Source: Candidatus Babeliales bacterium (GTDB lineage Bacteria; Babelota; Babeliae; Babelales; JANWKD01). Taken from it: a stretch of DNA of 64,000 bases. The stretch is from positions 1,273,193 through 1,337,192 of the forward strand of contig OY969622.1 of NCBI GenBank assembly GCA_963701665.1, read 5' to 3'. Numbering within the stretch: position 1 is the first letter of the stretch; each line of letters starts with the position of its first letter. Under the pieces are notes generated by a model. That model worked only from the letters and a program-made list of their open reading frames with translations. It did not search any database and was not told the DNA's origin. Both the position numbers and the translations under genes were made by a program. Below, piece after piece: positions 31,601 through 39,812 of the stretch.

Positions 31601-34600
31601 TTTTGAAACGAACGCAATAGTGAGCCAATTATAGCAACTTGCGTATTGGTACCCGTCATAATGATACCAGCATTTGATATTGCACCTGCGCCTAAAGGTC
31701 CCTGAAACACAGAATTCTGAATCACTACTTGAATATTGCTAATCGAAATGTTCGTGCTATTGCCACCACCTTGCACATTATCAAAAGTCACAACAGGAAC
31801 TCCTGCAATACTACTTACCGCAAAAGCATTTGCAAATTGTGCAACGGCAACAGAAGTAAATCGTGAACGCCCGAAATAAGTTGGCGTTAAGGAAAAAGCA
31901 TCGGCACTCGAAACAAGCAATGATTCGACTGTTAAATTGGTGCATTCAAAGTTCGCTGATACTATTGAAAATAAGTTTGTTATTAAAGATGCTGGTATAA
32001 CGATCGTACTAGTTTCTGAACTACCAACGAGGCTGATGCCATCAGCGGTAACAAGGATGGGACCGCCTGTGTTATTTTCAACAAAGGTGCCTGCCCCTAC
32101 ATAAATAACAACGGGATTAGCCATACTTGCAACACCATTTGCTACTGTTACTCCATAACTTATAGTACGGAATGGATATGCATAAGAACCATCATTAGAA
32201 TCATTACCCGCCAAGGAAACATAATATGTTCTTGCTGCAGTTGGCGAACCACCAACGGTATTCCATTGCGTTGCTGAAGGTGATGTTGCTTGAAGTACTT
32301 GGCCTGCTGTTGGTGCACTCGCCGGTAAATTCACGGTGTAACTGGTATCTACCGTTGCAGGTGCATTTAATCCGACGTAGTTTCCACTTCCAGTACCATC
32401 TTGGAATTGCACTTGCGATTGCAATGCCATCGCCAAGTTGCCCGTCATGGTGTCACCAGCTTTGAGCACATTTTGTGATGCGGCACCCGTTAAATTTGCT
32501 GTTATAGTACCCGCATTAAAATTACCTGAGCTATCGCGAGCAACAATGGTGCTTGGTGTATTTGCATTGGTTGCATCAGTTGAAAGCATGACATCATTTG
32601 GATCATTCGTAACAACCATATGCGTACCAGCAAGGATCGTTTTAAAGTTTAAGGTGACTCCTACGGTACCTTGATACACCTGCCCAGCCCCTGTACCAAC
32701 ATTTGCGCCTGTTGTTTGGCTTGGCAATGAAAATTCTGCAAAGGTAATTGTATTTGTATCAATAAGGGCCGATGGGGTATTACAAAGCCAGCTTGAACCG
32801 CCATTTATAGCACCAGAAAGCGTAAGAACATACGCGGAGCCCGCCGATGTGCCCGTTAAAAAATCGGTTGGCCGCATCCATGAACCAGTTTCGGCTACCC
32901 ACAAACCATTTTGTATTTCATTGGTTTGTCCTACTAAAAGTACGCGATCTCCAGCAGAAAGAGATATACTATCAATTGTTTGCAAACTACTTAGAGCAAC
33001 ATCAGTGGTACTCACTACAAGCGCAGGAGTGTGGGCGACAATACCAAGTGCTGCCACAGAATCAACATATGCTTTTGTTGCCACATCAGTTGGATTGGTT
33101 GTAGTACCATCAATCGTAATCATATTGGTGATAAAGTCACCAGAAGCATCGCGCAAAACAATGGTGCCAGGCATATCAATATTTGTAGCAGTATTTGCAA
33201 GCGAAACACCCGAAGCAACATTTGCTGCACTTTGACCACCAACAAAACTCACCACTGTTGCAGGTTGCGTTCCTGTTACGTCACCTGCTAATGGTCCAGT
33301 AAAATTAGTTGCCGATCCCGCTGTTGTTGCACTGGTTGCCGTTGTTGCATTACCACTCAAATTACCGGTGACATTACCAACAACATTACCCGTTACATTA
33401 CCCGTTAAGTTTGCCGTAACCGTCGCGGCAGAAAAATTTCCCGATCCATCACGTCGAACAATCGTACTTGCTGTATTATTATTTGTTGCATTGTTGGCCA
33501 ATAGAGTAGCTGCTGCAACGTTTGCTGCCGTTTGACCACCCACGGTACTTACAACCGTTGAATTTTGATTGCCGGTTACATCGCCTGATAAAGGACCAGT
33601 AAAATTTGTTGCTGATCCGGCTGTTGTTGCACTCGTTGCATTGCCACTTAAATTACCGGTAACGTTTCCGATGAGATTTGCCGTAATGGTACCTGCGTTG
33701 AAATTTCCTGATGCATCGCGCTCAACTATAGTATTTGGTGTATTAGTATTTGTTGCTGCATTTGCTGCTATCACCCCTGATGCAACATTCGCGGCACTCT
33801 GGCCACCAACAAAACTAACCACCGTTGAATTTTGATTTCCTGTTACATCCCCTACTAAAGGACCAGTAAAATTTGTTGTTGATACTGCTGTTGTTGCCGT
33901 TGTCGCATTACCTGCTAAATTTGCTGTAATGGTACCGGCAGCAAAATTTCCAGAGCTATCTCGTTCAACAAGAGTATTTGGCGTATTAAGCGCCGTTGCA
34001 GCATCTACCGTAACTGTTGCCGCTGCAACATTTGCTGCACTCTGACCATCAACAAAACTCACCACTGTTGCAGGTTGTGTTCCGGTAACATCTCCTGCTA
34101 ATGATCCAGTAAAATTTGTTGCCGATCCCGCTGTTGTTGCGCTGGTTGCCGTTGTTGCTGTTGTCGCATTACCTGAAAGATTTGCAGTAATGGTACCCGC
34201 TGTAAAATTTCCTGATGCATCACGTTTTACAATCGTACTTGGCGAATTAGTATTCGTTGCGGCATTTGCTGCTATAGTTGCTGCTGCAACATTTGTTGCA
34301 GTCTGACCACCCACCGTACTCACAACGGTAGAACTTTGATTGCCGGTTACATCACCAAGTAAAGGCCCCGTAAAGTTTGTAGCACTTCCAGCTGTTGTTG
34401 CACTTGTCGCATTACCACTCAAATTACCGGTTACATTACCAATTAAATTTGCCGAAATAGTTCCTGCATTAAAATTACCCGATGAATCACGCTCAACGAT
34501 GGTATTTGGTGTATTTGTGTTAGTTGCTGCATTCGCTGCGATTACACCTGCAGCAACATTTGCCGCACTCTGACCACCAACAAAACTAACTACCGTCGCA

Positions 34601-35325
34601 CTTTGATGACCCGTAACATCGCCTGTTAATGGGCCCGTAAAATTCACCGCTGAAGTAACGGTCCCATTTATTACCGGCGCATTTATGGTATTAGCATTGA
34701 GCGTATTTACACCACTAATATTATTAGATGAATCGAGAGTAACACCAGATTGTTTGATATTATCAGGACTACTCGGCGTATCAACCGTTAAGATGGCATT
34801 ATTTGTTGTGAAAGGCAGCGCAGTACTAACGTTACCACCGCCAGCAGGTATTGCATAGATTAAATTACCAGCACCATCACTTCCTAAGAAGGTGCCCGCT
34901 GCACCAACTATTAATGGCCAACTTACCGTATTACCATTTTTTGTAATGCCAACTAGCGTAACGTTACCGGCATCATCAACAAGGACAGAAGAATTTTTTA
35001 GCAATTTGCCTGTTGTATCAGCAAAACGAGCAACGGCATTTGTTGTTGAACTTGATGGACCGGTAACATTTCCTGATGATGAAGATGAGGACGAGGACGA
35101 TGGTGTTGTTGCTAAAATAGAATGAACAACATTCGAAATTAAACCAGTTAAATCAGGCAAATGAACCGCCGGTCCTGCACCACCTCCACCACCATTACCT
35201 AACGAGGGACGCGGCGCACGCGCTTCCGTGATAGTGCTTTCAATATAATCTTCAGCTTCTACAGCCGCAAGCGGCGCTGCAAAAAGATGAAAAATAGCAA
35301 GTAGACTAAGAAAATATTGCTTCAT
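25675..35325 (-). CDS. Giant (3216 aa) secreted repetitive fibre/adhesin with phage-tail-fibre-like modules and C-terminal C1q/TNF-like domain
   Basis: Signal peptide; 11 GDVTG..TVVS.VGGQ..IVxRDxSGNF repeats; two ATKxYVD/LQTID..VLLVGQT..QNGLW modules; duplicated 721-aa unit with YYVSLAGNDSNDG; VIFNTVLFD..YNATTGTYTVPVTGVY C1q-like end. Confidence 0.85.
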   Translation of the reverse strand: MKQYFLSLLAIFHLFAAPLAAVEAEDYIESTITEARAPRPSLGNGGGGGAGPAVHLPDLTGLISNVVHSILATTPSSSSSSSSSGNVTGPSSSTTNAVARFADTTGKLLKNSSVLVDDAGNVTLVGITKNGNTVSWPLIVGAAGTFLGSDGAGNLIYAIPAGGGNVSTALPFTTNNAILTVDTPSSPDNIKQSGVTLDSSNNISGVNTLNANTINAPVINGTVTSAVNFTGPLTGDVTGHQSATVVSFVGGQSAANVAAGVIAANAATNTNTPNTIVERDSSGNFNAGTISANLIGNVTGNLSGNATSATTAGSATNFTGPLLGDVTGNQSSTVVSTVGGQTATNVAAATIAANAATNTNSPSTIVKRDASGNFTAGTITANLSGNATTATTATSATTAGSATNFTGSLAGDVTGTQPATVVSFVDGQSAANVAAATVTVDAATALNTPNTLVERDSSGNFAAGTITANLAGNATTATTAVSTTNFTGPLVGDVTGNQNSTVVSFVGGQSAANVASGVIAANAATNTNTPNTIVERDASGNFNAGTITANLIGNVTGNLSGNATSATTAGSATNFTGPLSGDVTGNQNSTVVSTVGGQTAANVAAATLLANNATNNNTASTIVRRDGSGNFSAATVTANLTGNVTGNVVGNVTGNLSGNATTATSATTAGSATNFTGPLAGDVTGTQPATVVSFVGGQSAANVASGVSLANTATNIDMPGTIVLRDASGDFITNMITIDGTTTNPTDVATKAYVDSVAALGIVAHTPALVVSTTDVALSSLQTIDSISLSAGDRVLLVGQTNEIQNGLWVAETGSWMRPTDFLTGTSAGSAYVLTLSGAINGGSSWLCNTPSALIDTNTITFAEFSLPSQTTGANVGTGAGQVYQGTVGVTLNFKTILAGTHMVVTNDPNDVMLSTDATNANTPSTIVARDSSGNFNAGTITANLTGAASQNVLKAGDTMTGNLAMALQSQVQFQDGTGSGNYVGLNAPATVDTSYTVNLPASAPTAGQVLQATSPSATQWNTVGGSPTAARTYYVSLAGNDSNDGSYAYPFRTISYGVTVANGVASMANPVVIYVGAGTFVENNTGGPILVTADGISLVGSSETSTIVIPASLITNLFSIVSANFECTNLTVESLLVSSADAFSLTPTYFGRSRFTSVAVAQFANAFAVSSIAGVPVVTFDNVQGGGNSTNISISNIQVVIQNSVFQGPLGAGAISNAGIIMTGTNTQVAIIGSLLRSFQNAIEVTNGANARILACDIDLSVTSIVCNNASILGIVGCNFYGNNSSSVNIAASGANTQVTIDGCQFNCTGTDGNPRGIALQATTGASLLAVGCSVENAAVGIQCGAPGDTSSTALQANSTTLINCTTDIQQAGSSTLQFFGGAFDPTKLSIASGVNVGFAGFDETIQGNLTLGSDIQEVHILYQVLNGQTSKPNLAYNDNYYGNQGTVYTDPNSDPTFNATQASNNDANYYVVTGNRTNQASINLISDTSGLNNGTDIRGWGINKVGTSADLAFTYTNNDTSGQAAVGSYSVMQLDGLNNQVLFPLATNAPLPTNTVAPLVWAGDTNIYRSSAGVLTTDGNFQVGGLTPAGVVHNDNLGNLTTSLIVNADISASAGITDDKLATISTPGKVANSATTATSSNVPNTIVLRDLTGSFSANIITATLVGAASLDVLKTGDTMTGNLNMALQSQVRFQDGTGSGNYVGLNAPATVGISYTVNLPASAPVAGQVLQATSPSATQWNTIGGSPTTARTYYVSLAGNDSNDGSYAYPFRTISKAVTIANGVASMTNPVVIYVGAGTFVENNTGGPITITADGISLVGSSETSTIVIPASLITNLFSIVSANFECTNLTVESFSLSSADAFSLTPTYFGRSRFNSVAVAQFANAFAVSSIAGVPVVAFDNVQCGGNTTNISISNIQVAVQNSVFQGPLGAGAISNAGIIMTGTNTQVAIIGSILRSFDVAIEITNGANAHVLSCDIDSSVTGILCTNASNLGIVGCNFANNIASSVNIAASGASTQVTIDACQFHCTDTNGNPQGIALQATTGAFLLAVACSIENAAVGMQCGAVGDTNSTEIQANSTSFYDCITDIQQIGSSTLRFVGGVFDSDLLSIANATNVSFAGFDTDNNNALTIGNDADMNQLLFQVFNGQLDLPSLNYQSDCYSNKGTLYIDPNSDPAFTGIESQSNASHYVITTDRTKDASINLLSDTSGSVGSGANIRGWAIDKFGTSANLAFTYTNNDTSGQAARGSNSVMQLDGFNNQVLFPLATNAPLPTNTVAPLVWASDTNIYRSSAGVLTTDGNFQVGGLTPAGVVHNDNVGNLTTSLIVNADISASAGITDNKLATISTAGKVANSATTATSSNVPNTIVLRDGSGNFTTNMITIDGTTTNPTDVATKSYVDSTASTGLIVKSPALVVSTSNVALSGLQTIDGVTLVSSNTVLLVGQTNAVQNGLWLAESGSWIRPTDFLTGTSAGNAYVLILEGTVNAGSSWVCSTPSAIIDTNPIEFSEFSLPSQTTGANVGSGAGQIFQGKTGVTLNFKTISAGTDIIVTNNTSDVNIATNATNANTPSTIVARDASGNFSATTITANLSGNASTATNFTGALSGDVTGNQSATVVSMVGGQTATNVASATIAANAATNTNTPNTIVERDGSGNFNAGTITANLTGNVTGNLSGNATTATTAGSATNFTGSLSGDVTGNQSSTVVSTVGGQTAANVASATVAANAATSSNTPSTIVKRDASGNFAAGTITANLSGNATTATSATTATTAGSATNFTGSLAGDVTGTQGATVVSFVGGQSAASVALAASLVATATSNNIANTLVKRDASGNFAAGTITATLNGNASTATTATNFSGSLSGDVTGNQSATVVSTVGGQTAVNVASATVAANAATNTNTASTIVKRDASGNFSAGTITANLTGNVTGNLSGNATTATTAGSATNFTGSLTGDVTGSQSATVVSTVGGQTAANVAAATILANNATSSNTPSTIVRRDASGNFIAGTITAALTGAASLNLLLTGGTLTGPLTLPAGTIASPSLQFSGSTDLGITSSATNFLSMITSGSARLIIDSTGSVTHKSNYKMYAYLSANQGVNNTTANVIFNTVLFDSNSNYNATTGTYTVPVTGVYMINVTVTALTATMPSTQKVNIAVNGTSVTGASVSQILSTNNDQLPMTTCVLLSLTAGQLVTVSFNTAKNDTIISGDTHMAIHFMSF
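28190..32475 (-). repeat. About 2.16-kb tandem duplication inside the giant gene
   Basis: Homologous positions 30281/32444 and 28401/30564 are both offset by 2163 bp (721 codons). Confidence 0.9.
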
Positions 35326-35509
35326 ACTACTCCTTTTTAAAGTGCTACCTTTTTAGCACTGTTATTTTATTTTTTTATTCGTGCACAAAAATTTTATTCA
35401 TACTTTTTCTAAACGCATACTCAACAGTACATTAGATAATAAAAAAATCAAAAAAACTTTGTGTTATTTTTTTTTAAAAAAAAAACTTTTAATTACATCT
35501 ATATAACTA

Positions 35510-35539
35510 TTGACATGAAAACTTAGGCTTGCTTAGATT
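35510..35539 (+). promoter_or_regulatory. Putative sigma70 promoter
   Basis: TTGACA (35510-35515), 18-nt spacer, TAGATT upstream of the Zn-ribbon/tsaB pair. Confidence 0.45.
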
Positions 35540-35564
35540 GAAGATAGAAAAAAGGAAGGGTCGT

Positions 35565-35744
35565 ATGAAGTGTAAAAAATGCTCGGGCCTCATGGTCCTG
35601 CAATCTTTTTTCGATCATTTTTTAAATTTTGATGGCTGGAAATGCTTAAATTGTGGTAAAGTAATAGCTAAAAAAGAAAAGACAATTGAGTATGATGCGT
35701 TTAGTATTTTTTATCAACAACAAAAATGTAAAAACAAAAACTAA
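35565..35744 (+). CDS. Small Zn-ribbon protein (CxxC...CxxC)
   Basis: MKCKKCSGLM...WKCLNCGK; AGGAAGG RBS before ATG 35565. Confidence 0.75.
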   Translation: MKCKKCSGLMVLQSFFDHFLNFDGWKCLNCGKVIAKKEKTIEYDAFSIFYQQQKCKNKN

Positions 35745-35747
35745 TAC

Positions 35748-36428
35748 ATGCATCTATTTTTAGCAGTTCAAGCCGGGTATCAAAATTATGAAGTTGGTCT
35801 TTTTAATGGTATTACCTGTCTTGCTTGGCATAAGCAAGATAAGTCAGAAGCCAGTAAAAATCTAATTCCAGTTATAGAAGATCTTCTTAAAAAACATTCC
35901 TATTCCATTCATGACTTAACTTTTATTGGCATTAACAAAGGTCCAGCACCTTTTACTACGTTGCGCATTCTTATTGCAACGATCAATGGTATAGCATTTG
36001 CCACAAATGTTCCTTTAGTCAGTTGCTCGAGCCTAGAAGCACTTTTGCATGAAGCTTATGATCCCGCATGGCCTGGATATTCAGTTGCCCTATTGAATGC
36101 TTATAACAATGATGTGTATTTTGCTGTCCATCATCCCAAAAAGGATCTGTGGATGGGATGTGCAAACGTACGCTTCTTTCTTGAAACATTAAAAAATAAG
36201 ATCGGGCAAGAACGCGTGCGCTTTATTGGCAATGGTGTACCTCTTTTTCAAACCCTCGTTCAAGAAATTATTGGCGACAATGCCCTCGCACAAACACCGT
36301 TTATAGAAGAAGCATCATTAAATACGGTCGCCTATTTAACGCGTACGTCTTTTGAAAAAAAAGAAGTAGTAAAGCAGATTGAGCCACTTTATTTAAAAGA
36401 AGTTGCTTATAAAACAATTACGTTTTAA
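35748..36428 (+). CDS. tsaB: tRNA threonylcarbamoyladenosine biosynthesis protein TsaB
   Basis: LIPVIEDLL..GINKGPAPFTTLRI..NGIAFA..SSLEAL..IEPLYL. Confidence 0.88.
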   Translation: MHLFLAVQAGYQNYEVGLFNGITCLAWHKQDKSEASKNLIPVIEDLLKKHSYSIHDLTFIGINKGPAPFTTLRILIATINGIAFATNVPLVSCSSLEALLHEAYDPAWPGYSVALLNAYNNDVYFAVHHPKKDLWMGCANVRFFLETLKNKIGQERVRFIGNGVPLFQTLVQEIIGDNALAQTPFIEEASLNTVAYLTRTSFEKKEVVKQIEPLYLKEVAYKTITF

Positions 36429-36471
36429 TAGATTTAGAAAAGAAACCCTTCATAAACATTCTTTCATTTTT

Positions 36472-37164
36472 ACTTACGCAGTTATGCGGGCCCGTGCGGG
36501 CAGCATCCTCCTACGCTTATCCACGCCTTCCGGCTTGGCAAGCTACGTAGGACAGGCCAATGTATTGCGTGCCCAATACATTGGATACAAGGGCAATAAG
36601 AGGGCAAGCCTCTTATTTATCTCCCCGACGCAAACAAGTCGACCTTGCACACCTAACGTGTGACAAGGTCTCCAACATGTTGTGCTTATATGGAAATCGA
36701 TTCATCAGATGATCTAAAAATTGTAAGTTAATATTTTAAACAACAGTGTCATCACGAGGCGAAGCCGTGGTGACCCAGAATTTAATAATTCCTTATTTTT
36801 AATGAACTAATTTTATCATCTGGGTTGCCACGCCCTTAACAGGGCTCGCAATGACATCTTTGCATACAATGTCTTTACCGTGCCGCAATACTTACATGCG
36901 AGAATAAATCTGTTAAATTCAAGTCCTGCAGCGCGACAAGCTCAAAATCATGATGCGCAGCATCAATGTTTTTGAGTGCGCATCTCGCGCGGCCCTACTA
37001 CGCTAAAGCTTCGAAGGATTAAAACATTGTTGGCCTGTCCTTCCGTAGCTTGCCAAGCCGGAAGGCGTGGATAAGCGTAGGAGGGCGCCCTTTTGTTCAA
37101 GGTATTTTGGGCGCGCAAAATACCTTGTGCCTGTCCGGCATGAGGACAGCATGACTGCGTAAGT
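36472..37164. repeat. About 700-bp composite nested inverted-repeat element (MITE/BIME-like)
   Basis: Outer IR 36472-36487/37149-37164; ~54-bp near-perfect IR 36507-36560/37030-37084; central palindromic element copy. Confidence 0.8.
36748..36855. repeat. Palindromic element copy 4 (reverse orientation)
   Basis: GTCATCACGAG..CGTGGTGACCCAG...CTGGGTTGCCACG CCCTTAACAGGG CTCGCAATGAC. Confidence 0.9.
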
Positions 37165-37209
37165 CACAATAAAAAAGTTTTTCTAAGGGATGTAATTAAT
37201 ACCAAGATT

Positions 37210-39648
37210 TTAGAAATCATACGAAGATGTTAAGTGAACTTCACTCGCTGATTCACCTCTTCTTCGATCAAGTTTGAAACCCCAGTCAATACGGATTGGC
37301 GTTGGCTTGTAAATACGAACACCAAAACCAACTGAATGGCGATAACTGAAATGATTATTTTTCAATCGTCTGCGCGCAATTTGATCAGCATCCGGCGTAT
37401 CCCAACCAGCACCACCATCATAGAAGAGAACACCCTTTATAGAAAAATCAGGAGCGACGGGGAAAATAAGTTCTGCGTTTAACCAGAAAGCTTTTTTTCC
37501 GCCAATTGAATCTACACCTTTATACGTAGGTCCGATTTCACCAAAGAGGAAACCTCGCACGCTTGATGGACCACCAATATGATACAGTTCTCTAAAAGGT
37601 ATTAATTTACCGCCCACAGCAGTCACCAAGCCTAAATGCGCGTGTAAATAAAACACTAAATCACGCTCGCCAATAATTGGCGTATAATAACCCGCGTCAA
37701 AGTCGAATTTCCAAAAACCAAACTCCTGATTAGGAATACCGAGTCGTGATGTTGCTTGCCATTGATACCCGCGACTTGGGTGTATTGGATGATTACGAAA
37801 ATCTTGCGATGCTGCGCCGCCAAGCCAAGGGAAATTTCCTTGTGGGAATCTTTTATTTAAAATGTTTTGGAATTCCAGCACTTCATTCGGATCAGCACCC
37901 GCACCAAGATTAGCAGTCGGCGTCTTATGATAATGCAAACCTTCGTAGCCGGCTTGCCCAACAAACCGTATTTGATGAAATTTTTGCGCAACAAATCCTA
38001 AACTAAGTGATCCACTTGCTAATTGTTCTTTTACTTCATTTTTTGTGAACTGAAATTCATCATAGGTAGATTTTTTAAACGCAAGATCAAAAGCACCATA
38101 AATAGGGCGATCAAAAAGCCATGGTTCTGTAACGTTAAAAAGTAATTGACGTTCTTGCCTTGAAATTTCACCACTTAAATTAAAACTAACGCCAAGACCA
38201 AGTAAATTGGTATCAGAAAGGGACCCACCAACGCGCAACGATTCTGTTGGGTTTTGTAAATCTTTTGGCGAACCACCAAAACCAACTTGCATATCTAAAC
38301 GCCCAGTTTTTACTTCTTTAACGTACAAGGTTAAATCGGCATTCTCTTTTGTAGTGCGATCGTATTTCCAACTCACACCACCTTGTTGATCAAAGTACCC
38401 TAAATTTTCAACGCGCGTTTTGGAATCTTCTAGTTTTTTAGTCGTCAGCAAATCGCCCTCGTCAAACAATAATTGACGCCGGATAATCTTGTCGCGCGTT
38501 TTTTCATTACCAACAATTTTAATTCTTTGAAGATATACTTTATCGCCAAGCTCCGTAAGAAACGATATGCTCACCGTTTTATTAACATCATCGGGTTCAA
38601 TGGATGGCTCAACATCAGCATAAATATACCCGAATTCACCAAGTAGCAGGCGAATAACCTCAATTGCTTGGCGAATGTTCTCTCGTGAATAAAGCTGGCC
38701 GGGCGCAACGGGTAATCGTGCTAAAATCTGTCTCTCGGTAAGAACATCATTACCTTGCGCAGAAACAGAGCTGATGGTATAAAGATCACCTTCATCAATA
38801 TGAAAAGTCACTTGCACATAATGAGGGTCTTCATCAGGAACCACATCGATATGCGTTACTTTTGCATTCAGGTATCCATTACTTTGATAAAAGTTTTCAA
38901 TGGAATGCTTATCCCCTTCGATCGCTTCAGGTTGATAGCTACCGGCACGATCAAGAAATCCGCCTATCCAATCTTCGCGGGTAAAAATAAGACTACGTAA
39001 TTTTTTACTCTCGAACGCCTTATTGCCTTCAAAAAACACTCGGCGCACCGCAGTCTTTTTGCCTTCATTGATAGTAAAGATCGCGGTAACTTTTTGTCCA
39101 TCATCTTCCAGCGTGCCCTCGACAGTCACTTGATGATAATCTTTATCACGATAGAGCTTTTTTAAAGCGAGTGCATATTTCTTTATATCAATTTCGTCCA
39201 TGGCGGGAATATCGGCAAATGGAATTTTTGCCTTTATTTCCTTTTCTGTAAGATTCTTATTACCCTTAAATTGGACTTCTTTTAACAGCTTTTTTTCTGT
39301 CACTACAATGTAGATAATAACGCCATCATCCCCTACGTTCTTACCAAAAAGCTGCACATTCTTGAAATATCCCATGTCCATGAGATTGTTAATGACGCTT
39401 TTCGATTTGAGCGGCGTAAATAGTTCTCCCCTATGGTAGGTTATCTTATTGAGAATAGCTTCAGCGCTCACATTATGATTGCCCTCGATAACAATATCCC
39501 GAATAATCTTGCCTTGAGGGCGCTCGCTGCCATCGTCAAACGAGGGTGATCCTTGCATCGAAACGAGGGTATTGCACTGCAGTAATAAGAAAAAAACAGA
39601 TAAAAAAAATAATAAAGTCGTAGATTTTTCGATCGACGATGCTGTCAT
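37210..39648 (-). CDS. bamA: Outer membrane protein assembly factor BamA
   Basis: Five POTRA-like domains (IVIEGN, GNEKTRDKIIRR); barrel with SVRGF; C-terminal Phe. Confidence 0.95.
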   Translation of the reverse strand: MTASSIEKSTTLLFFLSVFFLLLQCNTLVSMQGSPSFDDGSERPQGKIIRDIVIEGNHNVSAEAILNKITYHRGELFTPLKSKSVINNLMDMGYFKNVQLFGKNVGDDGVIIYIVVTEKKLLKEVQFKGNKNLTEKEIKAKIPFADIPAMDEIDIKKYALALKKLYRDKDYHQVTVEGTLEDDGQKVTAIFTINEGKKTAVRRVFFEGNKAFESKKLRSLIFTREDWIGGFLDRAGSYQPEAIEGDKHSIENFYQSNGYLNAKVTHIDVVPDEDPHYVQVTFHIDEGDLYTISSVSAQGNDVLTERQILARLPVAPGQLYSRENIRQAIEVIRLLLGEFGYIYADVEPSIEPDDVNKTVSISFLTELGDKVYLQRIKIVGNEKTRDKIIRRQLLFDEGDLLTTKKLEDSKTRVENLGYFDQQGGVSWKYDRTTKENADLTLYVKEVKTGRLDMQVGFGGSPKDLQNPTESLRVGGSLSDTNLLGLGVSFNLSGEISRQERQLLFNVTEPWLFDRPIYGAFDLAFKKSTYDEFQFTKNEVKEQLASGSLSLGFVAQKFHQIRFVGQAGYEGLHYHKTPTANLGAGADPNEVLEFQNILNKRFPQGNFPWLGGAASQDFRNHPIHPSRGYQWQATSRLGIPNQEFGFWKFDFDAGYYTPIIGERDLVFYLHAHLGLVTAVGGKLIPFRELYHIGGPSSVRGFLFGEIGPTYKGVDSIGGKKAFWLNAELIFPVAPDFSIKGVLFYDGGAGWDTPDADQIARRRLKNNHFSYRHSVGFGVRIYKPTPIRIDWGFKLDRRRGESASEVHLTSSYDF

Positions 39649-39812
39649 CTAGTGCTCCTGAGAGAAATTTCTGCGTATTTACGCGCAGGCTACAGTGTGG
39701 CAATGTAATAAAATAGGATACATCCTTTTTTAAAATTGACCAGAGGCCAAGATCTCTTTTAGACTTATACATAACCTAACAGGAATAATTTTTTTTAAAA
39801 CCTTGGAACCTA

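Noticed and set aside
26093..35125. Many plus-strand ORFs (MPVTSP...) within the giant gene
   Set aside because: Antisense shadows of the repetitive coding strand.
25675..35325. Diversity-generating retroelement or prophage around the giant fibre gene
   Set aside because: No reverse transcriptase, no adenine-specific TR/VR pair noticed, and no capsid/terminase/integrase genes. Duplicated segments differ at all base types.
36403..36663. 86-aa ORF after tsaB
   Set aside because: Lies in the composite inverted-repeat element; likely spurious.
36910..36940. TTCAAGTCC resembling a tRNA T-loop
   Set aside because: No T-stem, acceptor stem or cloverleaf can be built around it.
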